Assembly (NCBI RefSeq): GCF_041146345.1
Contig: NW_027191413.1
Span: 434,001-498,000 of the forward strand
Direction: 5' to 3'
Length of the DNA: 64,000 nucleotides
Source: Neodothiora populina
Lineage: Eukaryota
The notes beneath the pieces are model-generated. The model was not told where the DNA came from. It saw only the letters and a list, made by a program, of their open reading frames with translations, and searched no databases. Of this stretch, positions 52,374 to 64,000 are shown one piece after another. The position numbers and the translations under genes were made by a program. How positions within the stretch are numbered: position 1 is the stretch's first letter; each line of letters begins with the position of its first letter.

Positions 52374-55311
52374 TCAATTCGCGCCGATGGCGTCCTTTCT
52401 CGTGCCAAAGTAATCGGGCGAGGCAGAGCGCGAATAAGTCGCCAATCTCTGCAGTGCAGACAACAAGCCCGCCGTACCCTGCGTGAGAGTGAACTTCGCC
52501 CGAGTGTTTCTCTTCCCGATGCTGACTGTGCTGACGCCCTGCACGTGTCCTTCGTGCGCTTGCTTGTTGGCCCACTCGAAGATGGGTTCGTCTTCGCGGT
52601 CGTCGCCGGCCACGAGCACGAAGTCGGGAGCTTCGAGACCCTTGTTGATGACGTTCTTCTCGCGCAGGCGGTCAAAGATGTGCACGGCGGCTGTGCCTTT
52701 GCTCCAGTCTAGTTGTTCGACGAGGACTGCCTTGCCGCTTGGTACTGCTTGTACCCGGTAGGCGTCACAGCTGTCGTTGATGTGGTTCACGCAGTCGCCT
52801 GCTTGGGTCCTTGCCAGACGGGGATCTTCCGCCTTTTCGTAGTGGAAAACTAGAGAGCAGTAGCGCTCTTCGATCCATGATCCTTGGACACGGTCGCAGT
52901 AGTATTGAAGGATGGGTCGGATGTCCTTTTTCCATGATGCGCAGTCGTCGAGGTCGGCGAAAGTGATCCATTCACTTTGACGAGCGCTGTGTTCACGTAG
53001 GAAACAACCATTCTCGGCGATGAGACCGAGCCCAGGCACCTGGTTGAATAGACGCTGTAGCTCCTCGGGCGCCCGCCCAGACATGACATACACAATGTTC
53101 TTGCGGTCTGACACCAGATCATTAAGAGCATCAAGTACCTTCTTGGGAGACGTGAGGGCGACGTTTGTATCGGTACCATACGAGGCCAGAGTGCCCTCGT
53201 AATCGAGAACGAAGACTCTGCGATGGGCAGCCTTGTAGGTCTCGGCTAGTTGAGGCACAGACAGTCTGGGAATAGACATTGCGTTACGAGATGTTTGCTC
53301 GGTGAAAGCTCTGTGTAGTGCTTCCTCAAGACATTGCGCCCAGTATGCACCAGTGTGGTGCATGACGACCTGTCGAAGCTTGTTGTAGCGTCGTTGCTTC
53401 TCGTCTACATCCATGTCCAGAGCCTGCTTGATCGCCTTGGCACATTGTAGGTAGTCCCAGGGGTTGACGGCAATCTCGTTGCCGCCAAAAACAGCAGCGC
53501 TGCCTGTAAATTCACTCAGGATTACTGGCCCATGCTTCTTGCCAGAGGAACCGTCTTGACACAAGATGAACTCGTGAGGCGCAAGATTCATGCCCTCGCG
53601 TAGAGATGTAATCATCAGCACGTCGGCGACTGTCAGAAGTGCCAGGTATTGAGAGAAGGCAATGTCTTGTTTGAGGAACACCAAGGGCTGGTGTGCAAGA
53701 GTCGAGTGCACCGAGTCAATGCGCGTGACGATGTCAGAGACGGTAGCCAGAAGATCACTGTTCTCTGTGGTCGATGTAGCCACCTGGATAAGAACGACCT
53801 GGAAATCGTTAGTAATGCGGGAGGAAGCAGAAGCGGAGTACTGCAATCACTCACTCTATTCGCCCACTCAGGATACATGTTGAGGAACAATTCGTATGCT
53901 AGAAGCTTTTGACGGACACCTCTGATGTTGTCAAGCTTATCACGCGCCACGATGAGGTGTTTGCCCTTATACCTCTCCTGCAGCACGCTGACCCATTCCT
54001 TGACTTCCTCTTCTTCCTTCAGCTCAAGGACTTGAGGCGGATCAATACCGATAGGTTGGCTTGTGACGTTAACGAAGCGGTCGTCCAACTGTACACCCTC
54101 GCCATTTGCTTCTACGGTCAAGAGACGGCTACATGTCTGAAGGAAATGCTGAGCATACTCCCGGGTCTGGAAGGCCACCAGATTTGCGCCCAGCATACCC
54201 TCAAGAAGTTCCTTGCGAGTTGACAGGCAGCGGAAGACTTCTGACGAAGGGAAAGCGGCATGCAAGAAGAAGCCAATCTTGGCTTCAGGGAGGACTTTGC
54301 GGATCATTCCCGGAACGAGCAAAAGATGGTAGTCGTGTACCCAGATGATGTCTCCATGCTTATATCCAGAGATGATCTTATCAGCAAAGGATTGGTTGAG
54401 ACCTCTGTAGAACTCCCATGAATGGTCTTCGTAAGCTTTGCTTTTGGGGTGATCCGGAATCTGATAATGGAAGACTGGCCAAAGAATCGTCTTGCAATAG
54501 TGACCGTAGTGGCCGTCAAGGTCTCGATCACATGGAAAGACGGTTAATGCATCATGTTCATTCTCGAGCTTCTCATGAATCTCACTCTTGCGCGAGTCTG
54601 AGAGAGCATCTGTGGGGAAGCCGAGAGTTCCAACGAAGACCTTGGTCGACTGTGCATTCTTCTCGTGTCTTGGGTCATCACGATTGCGTTCTGATTCGAG
54701 TCCTCTGATTGCATTTACAAGACCACCATTGCCTTGGTAACCTGGTTCAATGGTCCAAGTCTTGTTCTCGAACTCACGCTCGTGGCTGCCCCTACGAGAT
54801 TTGGATCCGGTCTGACGTCGTTGGTGATGCTTCTTAGGCTTCTCCATCTGAACGTAATCCAGGATATTGCCGGAAGGAAGAGCCGGAGCCCTTGATTTCG
54901 GTTGGTTAAGGAACTGCGCGGCGCTTCCCCATTCTGGCACAGAAGGGTCATGACGAAGCACTGATCTAGGGTCTTTTGATTTCAGAGTTGGGAAAGCACT
55001 CCTTGGATCAGAAGGATTGAACTGCGAGAAGAAGTCATTCTGCTTGTCCTCTACCGGAGTGAGAGGCGGAGCAGGACCCGTGAACAGACTTGCCGTGCTG
55101 GTGTTTCGCTTTGCATTGGTTGCGGTGTCAGTAGAAGACACAGCACGGCTATGTACCCTTAAAAGATTGGGTCTCCCGGTCTCCGGATCGGTTTCATCTT
55201 CGTGAAAGTCGATGGTATAAGGAAGAAATCTTGAGTTCACATCAGCATCTTTTCTCAAGTACAGGCAGGTGAAATACGCGTTACTTACAAACTGGCGACA
55301 AAAGTAGACAT
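52374..55311 (-). CDS. TPS3: Trehalose synthase complex regulatory subunit (TPS3/TSL1-like; GT20 plus HAD-like domains; 3 exons)
   Basis: MSTFVASL|FLPYTIDF, YCKTILWPVFHY, IWVHDYHLLLVPGMIRK, GFFLHAAFPSSEVFRCL, REGMNL, ILSEFTGS. The phosphatase motif reads DYEGTL rather than DYDGTL. Confidence 0.92.
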
Positions 55312-57665
55312 CCTTTATCGATCTGTGTTTAATGCCGCGATTAGCGAACAGTTTCGCCAAAATTGAAGCTTCCTCGAAACTCTGACTGCAGGAAGTCGAC
55401 AAAAGTCAATAACGGTTTCGTTGTTTCACACTTTCTTTTCGAATGGTAGCAAGAGTAGAAGATCAATTCCGGTGAGGGAGCAGCGGTGATAATGTATCAG
55501 ACCCGAGCTTGTGTGTCCGAAAGATGTTATAGATAATCGAGAAGTTTCTTTCGGCGGTGCAGTAAGGTCGCATCGGATGACAAGCAAGTGAGGCAAGAAT
55601 CGCGTCAAGGGTCCTGGTTACTTGCTGAACGCGCAGCGGGAACGTGCGCTAGTGCGGCAATGACAACTGAAGGTACTTTTAACCAAGATAAATGAGGCTG
55701 AAAAATTGTCCTACAAGAACCTGTTTGGATCTACCTCGTGCTATAATGAAGTCGATGCAAATGTCGTATTGCGAGAGAGATGGGGGAACTTCATGTCAAT
55801 CACTTGAGCGAGACGAGTCGGCGCAGCATATACAAGGGACGGTGAAAGTAGGGTAACATGACAACGTGTTCCAAGATCTCCGTACAATAATCAGGCTGTG
55901 AAATGTGAAGCGCCATTCCATGTCACCCATAGGCCCACCCCGAACGTGGCCGGGAGATATCGGTAGAGGTGGAACCAAACCATAAGTGATCCAAGCTTAT
56001 GTGAACCTGCTTGGAGTTTAGAGGAATTGAAGCGTGACGTCGTTGCTTGCTGATACTCCACTCGCTATGTCTTCAAGCCCTGTACGACCCGTACAAGAGC
56101 CGTACAAAAGCGGATGACCACCAATATAACCTGCTGGCCCGCTCACGTTTTCCAATCTGGCCGTAGCCTAGCAAGATAGCTGATCAACTGTCGCGTATAT
56201 GCTGCACGACGCACAACTCCGCCTAATCTCTAATGCATTATACAGCGACCTAGTGTCGGATTAACCAAGTCTCAACAACTTGTATGATTAGTGATACAGA
56301 CCTGCCATTCCCCAATACATGTATGCATTGGTTGTTGTTGAAGCATATTGACAGTCTCATTACCCGTACGGCCCTGTTATACAGTAGCTCGCAAGTTTTG
56401 CCCACTAACCCCACAAACTATGAAACTCTCGCCAAAAAGCACGACTCGAACCGCTGGGTCTGAGCAACTGTGACTTCACTTTGTGTTCGCCCAGACAATG
56501 AATACGTAGTTATTAGGACATTGGACCTTTTTGTTGAGATTTTCCCATTGTGATGATCTTTCTTCCCGATGCCATCGGGTATGTTGTGAATACTATAGCG
56601 TGGAAAACCGAATCGTGACACCCATGAACGGAGGTTTTCTATTGGCACAAATTTTACGTTCAGGTACCATATACCACACATCTAGCGACCATGACCACGC
56701 AGCTGTGGCACAACACCTGGCTGGCAAGTCCCAACCAGGCTATATCGGTGACGTGTTTTTCCTGACAGAAGTTTCTGTATTGTGTAGGAGATAGGCAAGG
56801 TGCTGTATACTGAGCCGTGTGCAACCAGGGCGAGTTGGGGCTCGAGAGCCTGATCTACACGGCAGCTAGAGTGTGCGCACTAGTGACTCGTACATAACAA
56901 GGTACAGTACTTTTGATGTAGGTACAACGAAGATAGAGGAATCGCCTGTCAGCATCTGGTAAGGTACCTTACTTTCGAATAGACCATAGTGCTTGTAGCC
57001 TAGGAAAAGACTGTCCAGCATTGTTGAGGCCTCCACTAGGTACGTTGGTGTTACAGCACTAGAACACTTGCAAGGCAACAACCCATGATTTCAAAAGAAA
57101 AATTTCCCATGTTCACGCTGATGCGTACAAGATGATATTGAAACTACATAGACAAAGTCGCACACACATTCTACTAGACAATCGCCATTCCTACTAGGAA
57201 CACAATGACGAATCAGATTCTCTAGCGAGGTAGCAGGCAACCAAGCCCACCTCCAGGTCATGTCTGGCTCAATTTGACCAGAAGTATGCTTGCCGGTGTC
57301 CGCCCGAACTGATCAGAATGGCAATGCTTAAGGCAGAACGAAAAGAAGAATGAACAGCAAACACAGAAAGCACGGGGTATGGCTGCTCTATGCGACAATC
57401 TAAGCAAAAGGAAGAAACAGCACCAGTCTAATAGTCCACATCCCCAGTCGTCAACATCAAGATACCTCCCCTGTAAGGAAGCGAGAAAGGGCGACGCGTG
57501 CCGAGCATTCGCCATCATATCGTCGTAAGCCTTGTGACCGATCAAGGCGGTCGTAGTGTGAATATCGATGTGAGGCAGTTGTGATGCATCAGTCGAACAT
57601 TCGAGTCGAATCGCGATATTGGAAATTAATTAGTATTGCGCGAGGCACGGAAAATGCTCAACTCT

Positions 57666-59214
57666 CTAGCCTGCCACTACTGCGGGCGCAGAGCGTTTTC
57701 CAGAGTCTCTGGCTTCAGCTTGTCGTTGGAAGAGAACCTCACGGGCATAAAACTCCACCAGCATTGTGCCATAAGCTTCCATCTCTTCGACTGGTATCGA
57801 CAGTCTAAAATCGTTAAGCAGCAGAAATTGAAGCTCGAGGTGGTTCAGCTCCGGTAGGGGTAGGCCTCCGACCTTGTAGTGTATTTGTTAGCGATACTGG
57901 TGTATGTCAATTCGGGCCAAAATCTACCTTTGCATAGCGCGAATTCGTATAAAATATGTCGGAAAAGAATTTGCTTGCGCAAGTGACTCCTGCGATGACA
58001 AGTCTGTGTATGTTGAAGCTGTCCACAACGAAGAATTGTGAGAGGTTCAGAGGATCGGCCTCGATCGATGATGCAACAGGCGACTCGAGGTTTCGCGGCT
58101 TACTGTGAGGGGTTCCAGGGACAGTACTGTATTGCTGCTTCTCGAACTCTCCAGACATAGGTGGTGTTGCTGTTTGCACAGGAGCAGTGCCGCTCGACGA
58201 GACACCTTCCATGGACTGAGTTGAGGGTGGACTTCTCAGGCCATCGGCTTGTTGTGACGCAGCACGTTCTGCCGCTTGTTGGTTTAACTCGCGTAAGTTC
58301 TGTATAGGTCCTGAATTGACCTTTTCGGTCATGCGGTCGAAGTAGACCAAGAGACTGATGAAAACCTCATAACTAGTGGGGCAGTATTTGTTGATGCGGT
58401 TGAGATAACTCAATATTGTTATACTGGGTACATTTTTGCCGTGGAATGCCAGAACACTGTTAGTTTGAGGACTCATGGCTGCGCTGCTTCCCGGGGCGGG
58501 CATTTGACGATGGAGATGCTCGTGCTGCATGTCGTTTGCAGTGGTGATCTTGGTCAAGAGTCCGGCCACCATCTCTATGATGTGCTCTATCGGCATTCCA
58601 CTGATCTCGTACAGCGGTCCCTGATCTCCGCTCTTCTGTCTGAATGCATGTCCATTATCAGAGAAAGCATCACTGTTGCTGTCGGCAAGGCTCTGAATAT
58701 GTGCCAAGTCCCTGATTTTGACGCAACGACCTTGTGATGATGGGGACTCGCTTGTCTCTACAGATGGTGCTGGCGAGGTAGCAGAGGCAGACGACGCGGA
58801 CTCGGGCGAGCTTCCACGCGGATCCGACCCCGCGCTTGGTCTTCCGGAGGCGTCGTCGTCGTCAGTCAGCTTTGCTGAAGGCGTGCCTGAGGCTTGCCTC
58901 GTATGCGAGGGGCGCGACTGGCTGTGGTGTTGGGAGTGTGATTGTGACTGTGATAGTGTGGCATCGGTGGCGTAAGCGGGCGCGACTTGTGATTGGACGT
59001 GCGAGCTAGCAGCTCTGTTGCCCGTGACGGACATTGAGGAATGGGTCGGAGAAGTGCAAGAAGGACGTGGTTGCAGTGCAGGAGTATGCGATGCTGTATG
59101 CGATGCTGATCGGCGTTGAGGTTGGGGTTGTCCGAGCCGGTCGGGTGAATCTTGACTGTGGGTGTGAGGAGGATTAAAGAAATGGTTGACAGCGTCGATT
59201 ACTATCGAGCCCAT
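57666..59214 (-). CDS. Pho85-type cyclin (Pho80/Pcl6/Pcl7 subfamily; 2 coding exons)
   Basis: VLAFHGKNVPSITILSYLNRINKYCP...SLLVYFDR, NIHRLVIAGVTCASKFFSDIFYTNSRYAK|VGGLPLPELNHLELQFLLLNDFRL. Stop TAG at 57668-57666. Confidence 0.93.
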
Positions 59215-59466
59215 AATCTAGAGTGCAGGTCTTTCCTGATGGAGAAGCGGTCAGTTTGGCACATGTCAATATAACCGTGCGCTTGTGGAGATGCCATGTA
59301 GTGTTAGGGGTTGCATGTTGGTGTGAACTCAAACAACTACAGAGGTGATTTTCGAACCGATGAGATGTGAAGTGTTACAGCGTGGGGGAAGAAGCAGATT
59401 GTACAGTACATGGCCTTGGGGGGTGTTAAGGTGCATGGTCATATGATGTGTTGCTGGAGATGCTGC

Positions 59467-59467
<1 letters not shown>

Positions 59468-59503
<36 letters not shown>
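59468..59503. repeat. (GAT)12 microsatellite upstream of the cyclin gene
   Basis: 12 perfect GAT units counted. Imperfect GAC/AAC and GACTACTGG repeats lie nearby at about 59761-59802 and 59897-59928. Confidence 0.95.
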
Positions 59504-59504
<1 letters not shown>

Positions 59505-60721
59505 CAAAACAGTGGAGCAATAAGGAGAATACGATACAGCGCGGGCGCAGCGAGATTACGAAGTATGAACAGACATGGAGCAGGCTGAAGCCATGGATGC
59601 GTCGCACCAAGTGAATCGATTGGGAGACAGCGGAATCACGCGCGAAGGAGGAGCAAGGAAGAAGTGGATATGGAGGAGTACTCACAGCACATGTACATGC
59701 ATTCCCACCGCGGAGTCGGTCGTCACTCTCGAGGTATTAGATGGTCAAAAGAGAATGACAGACGACGACGGCGACAACAACGACAACAACGACGACGACG
59801 ACGTAGTAGTGTCGAAGATGAACGTGGAATCGCAAGAAGTCGGGCAAGATCCAGGGCAGGGCAAGCTGGGGACGACAGTTGAAAAGTGGATCCCGCACTA
59901 CTGGGACTACTGGGACGGGACTACTGGGTCAACCTTAGCAACAACGACAGAAAGTAGAGCAGCAGATCCGGTAGACTAGCAGACACAGACACAGACGCAG
60001 GCCAGAGCAGAGCAAAGCACTTCAACGCAGTGTGCAGCACACCCCAACACCACCACAACCTAACCCAACTGCAGCATCTTTTCAAGGGACAGAGAAAGCG
60101 CTGATGCCCTAGACATTCCTCGTCATTGGCTGCTTTCCGGGGCTCTGGGAATGCGCCAGCCAGTCAGAAGGTCCGTGATCGTCGTTCTGGCCCGCCGTAC
60201 CGTGACAGTGCACGCTGCCAGAGTGCAGGTAAGGGTAATATAATGATAATATGGTCCACACCTTGTTCACTTGACGATCGTTCGCGGACAGTCTGCCAAC
60301 ATCACCTGGTGTCCTCACCGCAGTCGCAATACTTTGTCAAAATGCAATAGTCATTTTCTGAGACAAAATTAATTTTATCTATTATACACACAGTAACAGA
60401 CGATGGCACGCCCTGCTTGTGACAGCATTGGCCACTTAGTCATGTAGACGGCCAAGCAGATGGGTGAAAGCCACACTGCGTGCCAGAGCCCTGACTTGTG
60501 TGGCGCTTGACCCAAAGGCATACAAGGTACATTGCCATTGTATCTTGGGTCATCGATGTTCGGATGTTCTACCACCGAGCGCTGCTACCATATCATCCTC
60601 TATCTACTCCTGGGTTTAGGATGTTTTGACTGATGCGTGAAAGTCGCTTGACATGCAGATCTCTACGACGAGCCACTCATGTCGTCATTCGTACTGTCGA
60701 GTAGCTGTAGCAAACATCGCT

Positions 60722-61707
60722 CTAGTTGCGTCCGGGACCGGTGTAACCGTTGTCCGGAAGATACAGATGCCTCTGTGCTCCGTTCTTGGTAAGAACGACC
60801 ATACGAATGACACCTCCAGAACTTCCATCCCATTTGATAGCCTCTCTCAGTGCGCCCTTGACGAACTTGACACCCTCTTCCTCCGTCATGCCTTCCTGCC
60901 AATTGGCGTCGCAATATCCATAAATGTAAGTTGAACCGGAGCCTGCGATGGCGTAGGATTGCTTATGTAGAGATCCTCCAAGAGGTATCGAATAGACCTG
61001 GCCACCATGTCTTTGGTCCCATCCTGCAATAATGATACCGGCACTACGTCCTAGTCAGTCGTCATCCCATGGAAGAAAGAACCATCTGCTCGAGGTTGGC
61101 ATACCTTAGCGAGTCTTTGTTGGAATAGCACAGCTCTTGAAAAAGGGCAGCAGCAGTTTGTGTGGTAGGAGCCTCGTCGTTTGTGATGCCGTACATGCTC
61201 AAATGGTATTGGACGATGTCGGCGACTGCTTGTGTATCTGCTGCTGAGCCTGATCTGCAGCACCAGATGGTGTCGTGCACTTGGGTGAGCTTGTCTGTCA
61301 CTCGATTTGCGATATATGCGCCTGTCGTTGTTCGACTATCTGCACCGAGGATGACTCCGTCTTTGAAGTTGATGGCCATACTGGAATAGAATTAGTATCT
61401 CTGCGACGAAGTTCCGGCTGTGTCGAAATTGGGAGAGGACAAGGAGATTGCGGTGGTGGAGTAGTAGTACTAGTAGTAGTAGCTGACATACATGGAAGTT
61501 CCCAAGCTGTGAGAGCGGTCAGCAATAAGCACACTAGACGTAAGCAGATCAGCACATCAACTTACTTAACCTCGCCCTTCTTCAAGTGGTTCATGTCGAT
61601 GTGGATGCCATCTAGTAAGAACAATGATTGTGAGATACATGACTCCATTTGGCAACTATGCTGCTTGACTTACCCTCACCCAACGCTCCTGTGGCGTGGC
61701 CGATCAT
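60722..61707 (-). CDS. PRE3: 20S proteasome subunit beta-1 (5 exons)
   Basis: [64 protein letters not shown]...[10 protein letters not shown]...|AGIIIAGWD...[15 protein letters not shown]...[13 protein letters not shown]. Confidence 0.97.
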
Positions 61708-61886
61708 CTTGTGTGGTTGCTAGTTTCTAGTTTGTAGATGGACCGATGTTGTGCAATTTGTCGAAGATGGATGACAGAGATGAGTTGATTAGTTGGAAAG
61801 TACAGATGGAATAGACGATGATGGCGAGCTGCTGCTTTGGCTAACTGTAGGCAGACAGCAAGCGCGCGTCAGGACGGTCGGAGGTT

Positions 61887-61929
61887 GGAGCTCAGACCAA
61901 TTCCGCTCTGGACACAGCGGTGGCGGAGC
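61887..61929. promoter_or_regulatory. Candidate Rpn4-type proteasome control elements in the PRE3/BEM46 divergent promoter
   Basis: GGAGCT at 61887-61892 and GGTGGCGGAGC at 61919-61929, about 180-220 nt upstream of the PRE3 ATG. These are short motifs, so position is the main support. Confidence 0.4.
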
Positions 61930-62379
61930 ATCCCTCTACGCCGCCCCCCTTGAGGCACATATCCAAGTACAGCAGGTCTTGTCGGTTGAGATGCAATGAA
62001 CATTGATCTCTTGGCATATTCTGTATCATTTCTCATTTCTCGTTTCATACTGTTCCATGTTCACGTCTAGCGCTAACAATTTCATTTATTCATTCGTTTT
62101 TTCAATAGTTCTCGTATATTCACTGTCTTTCCTTGTCACGAGCGTTTAGCCGTGTCCCTCTCCTGTGTTACCAACTTTCTTTAACCATCCTATCCTGTTT
62201 TAATGAAATCCGGTCGGCCACGTGCATCAAAACCTAAACGCTCCCAAGCTTCGCCTCCGGCTTCCTACCTATTTCGACTCGGTACTATCGCAATATCCCG
62301 AGCATTTCAAGACCAACGTACCCAATTGCACCCTGAACTTCAGCCGACCGTTCCTCTCCGATCTTTATCTAGTCAGGAC

Positions 62380-63448
62380 ATGGCATCCTCGATTTGGGGT
62401 TATGCGAAGATCCCACTTGCCCTGGGTTCAGGTTTGAGTGTAGTGTTAAGTAGCGCTTTGTACTACTTTCAGAAGTAAGTAAATCGCTAGCTAATGGATG
62501 CAAATATCTGACATCCACAAGCGAACTGATATATCCTCGCAACATCCCGATAGGCGCCCGGACTGATGTTCCGAAACCTGCTCGCTTTGGACTCAGCGAC
62601 AGCGAGGAATTGATGCTGCCGACTCCGGATGGCGAGACTATAAGTGCCTTTCTCATACATCCTGACAACAAGAGTCAAGCCAAGAATGTGACTGTAATGA
62701 TGTTTCATGGAAATGCTGGCAATATTGGTCATCGTCTGCCAATCGCAAAGGTGCTTGCTAATGATCTTGGCTGTAACGTTTTCATGTTGCAATATCGTGG
62801 CTATGGCCTATCAACCGGATCTCCTGGCGAAGCTGGAATCAACATTGATTCGCAGACCGGACTCGACTACATTCGTCAACGTGAAGATTTGAAGAACACG
62901 AAGATAGTACTGTACGGTCAAAGTCTAGGAGGAGCCGTCTCGATAGCCCTAGCCGCTCGTAACCAAGAACAGAAAGACATTGCAGGCATGATATTAGAGA
63001 ACACATTCCTCAGCATCAGAAAGATGATTCCCAGGTGTGCTCTATTTCCAAGCTCCGACACTCATCATTTCACAACTACTAGCGATATTGCGTTTGGCTG
63101 ATCAGGTTTCAACAGTGTCATGCCCGTAGCCAAAGTATTAGCGCCTCTATGTCACGAGGTGTGGCCGAGTGAAGAAGTGCTCCCCAAGATTTCGGGAATA
63201 CCGATCTTATTTATGAGCGGTCTGCAAGATGAGATAGTGCCGTAAGTTCTATACATTCGATTGACTTGCGCGTCACGCTCGACTGATTGCTTTCACTCAG
63301 ACCATCACATATGAAGCGGCTGTACGAGATATATAAGAATGGACCTAAAACTTGGAAGGAGCTCCCGCATGGCGATCACAACAATACAGTCTCTGAGGTT
63401 GGATATTTTCATTTTGTAAATGACTGGATGAGGGATCATGTGGTATGA
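62380..63448 (+). CDS. BEM46: BEM46/ABHD13 family alpha/beta hydrolase (4 exons)
   Basis: N-terminal TM segment, YYFQN|ELIYP, TPDGETI, MFHGNAGNIGHR, YRGYGLSTGSP, nucleophile motif GQSLGG, ILENTFLSI, SGLQDEIVP|P and GDHNNT. Confidence 0.94.
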
Positions 63449-64000
63449 ATAGCTCTTGCTGTCGCATCGAATCATGGACTTGGCAGATACAGCGATGATC
63501 TCAAATGTCAGATTCAAAGCTGGAAAAGGTACATGAGCATCGGCGTCACCGAGTTGCAAGCAGGATGATAATCGTTACAACATCACTGACAATGCATAAT
63601 CAACTATACTTATCATAGGTATTTTTGACTTGCTTCTGTTCTCGGAAACATTTGAGTCATTCCTGGCTAAGATTACACGGCACAGGTCGAAGGTTCGGTG
63701 GGAGACGGGTTGTACAATGCATGATCGGGGTGTTAGTCTCTCCGCATACAGCAGGTCTCGCAGTACCCATACATGTTACCGAATCAAGCAAGATACCCAA
63801 AATGTTCTCCCGCAAACAACGCCGCCTACTCTTATTCGCTCACCGACCATCTTACTTGTTGCTTGAAATGAGTCTTTATCATGTGGACACCCGTTTACCT
63901 CATTCGGCAGGATTGTCTGACCATGACACCGAATGCACTTCACTTGGTGTATAGGTAATTCCTTCAGAGATGGAGCTAGTCGGAGATCGTAGCTGTGTTT

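Noticed and set aside
53193..53213. DYEGTL instead of DYDGTL in the trehalose phosphatase-like domain
   Set aside because: Expected for the non-catalytic TPS3/TSL1 regulatory subunit, so not novel.
52374..59214. TPS3 next to a Pcl6/7-like cyclin as a storage-carbohydrate gene cluster
   Set aside because: Two-gene adjacency with a 2.3-kb gap and no shared element seen; likely coincidental.
59897..59928. GACTACTGG short direct repeats as an array-type element
   Set aside because: Only about three imperfect copies with no unique spacers; simple slippage repeat.

Overview
Eukaryotic, intron-containing DNA from a filamentous ascomycete (Pezizomycotina; the EF-1alpha sequence looks Dothideomycete-like, which is inference only). 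The window is mostly a gene-dense housekeeping region: TEF1 (3' end outside the window), URA5, an atypical protein kinase, ROT1, FAU1, SmE, MTR10, a BTB-like protein, an Aur1/Ipt1-domain membrane protein, a Zn2Cys6 factor, an F-BAR/DEP/RhoGAP (Rgd2/Rga8 type), three tRNA genes, a VIT-vWA protein, ACR3, RCY1, an Arg/Pro-rich orphan, a multicopper oxidase pseudogene, RAX1, TPS3, a Pho85-type cyclin, PRE3 and BEM46. I saw no intact transposon, CRISPR array or secondary-metabolite cluster. The most notable oddities are: (1) a 5'-truncated, intron-bearing tRNA-Asp-like remnant fused 6 nt behind tRNA-Arg(UCU) and apparently sharing its Pol III terminator; (2) a two-domain multicopper oxidase with copper-ligand motifs retained but a -1 frameshift and an in-frame TGA; (3) a GTAAGGTA motif found 11 times by eye, only in intergenic DNA; (4) a roughly 75-aa Ala-rich insertion in Rot1; (5) AAG 3' splice sites in 7 of about 41 introns. 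Exon boundaries were inferred by eye from splice motifs and frame continuity; no database search was run.
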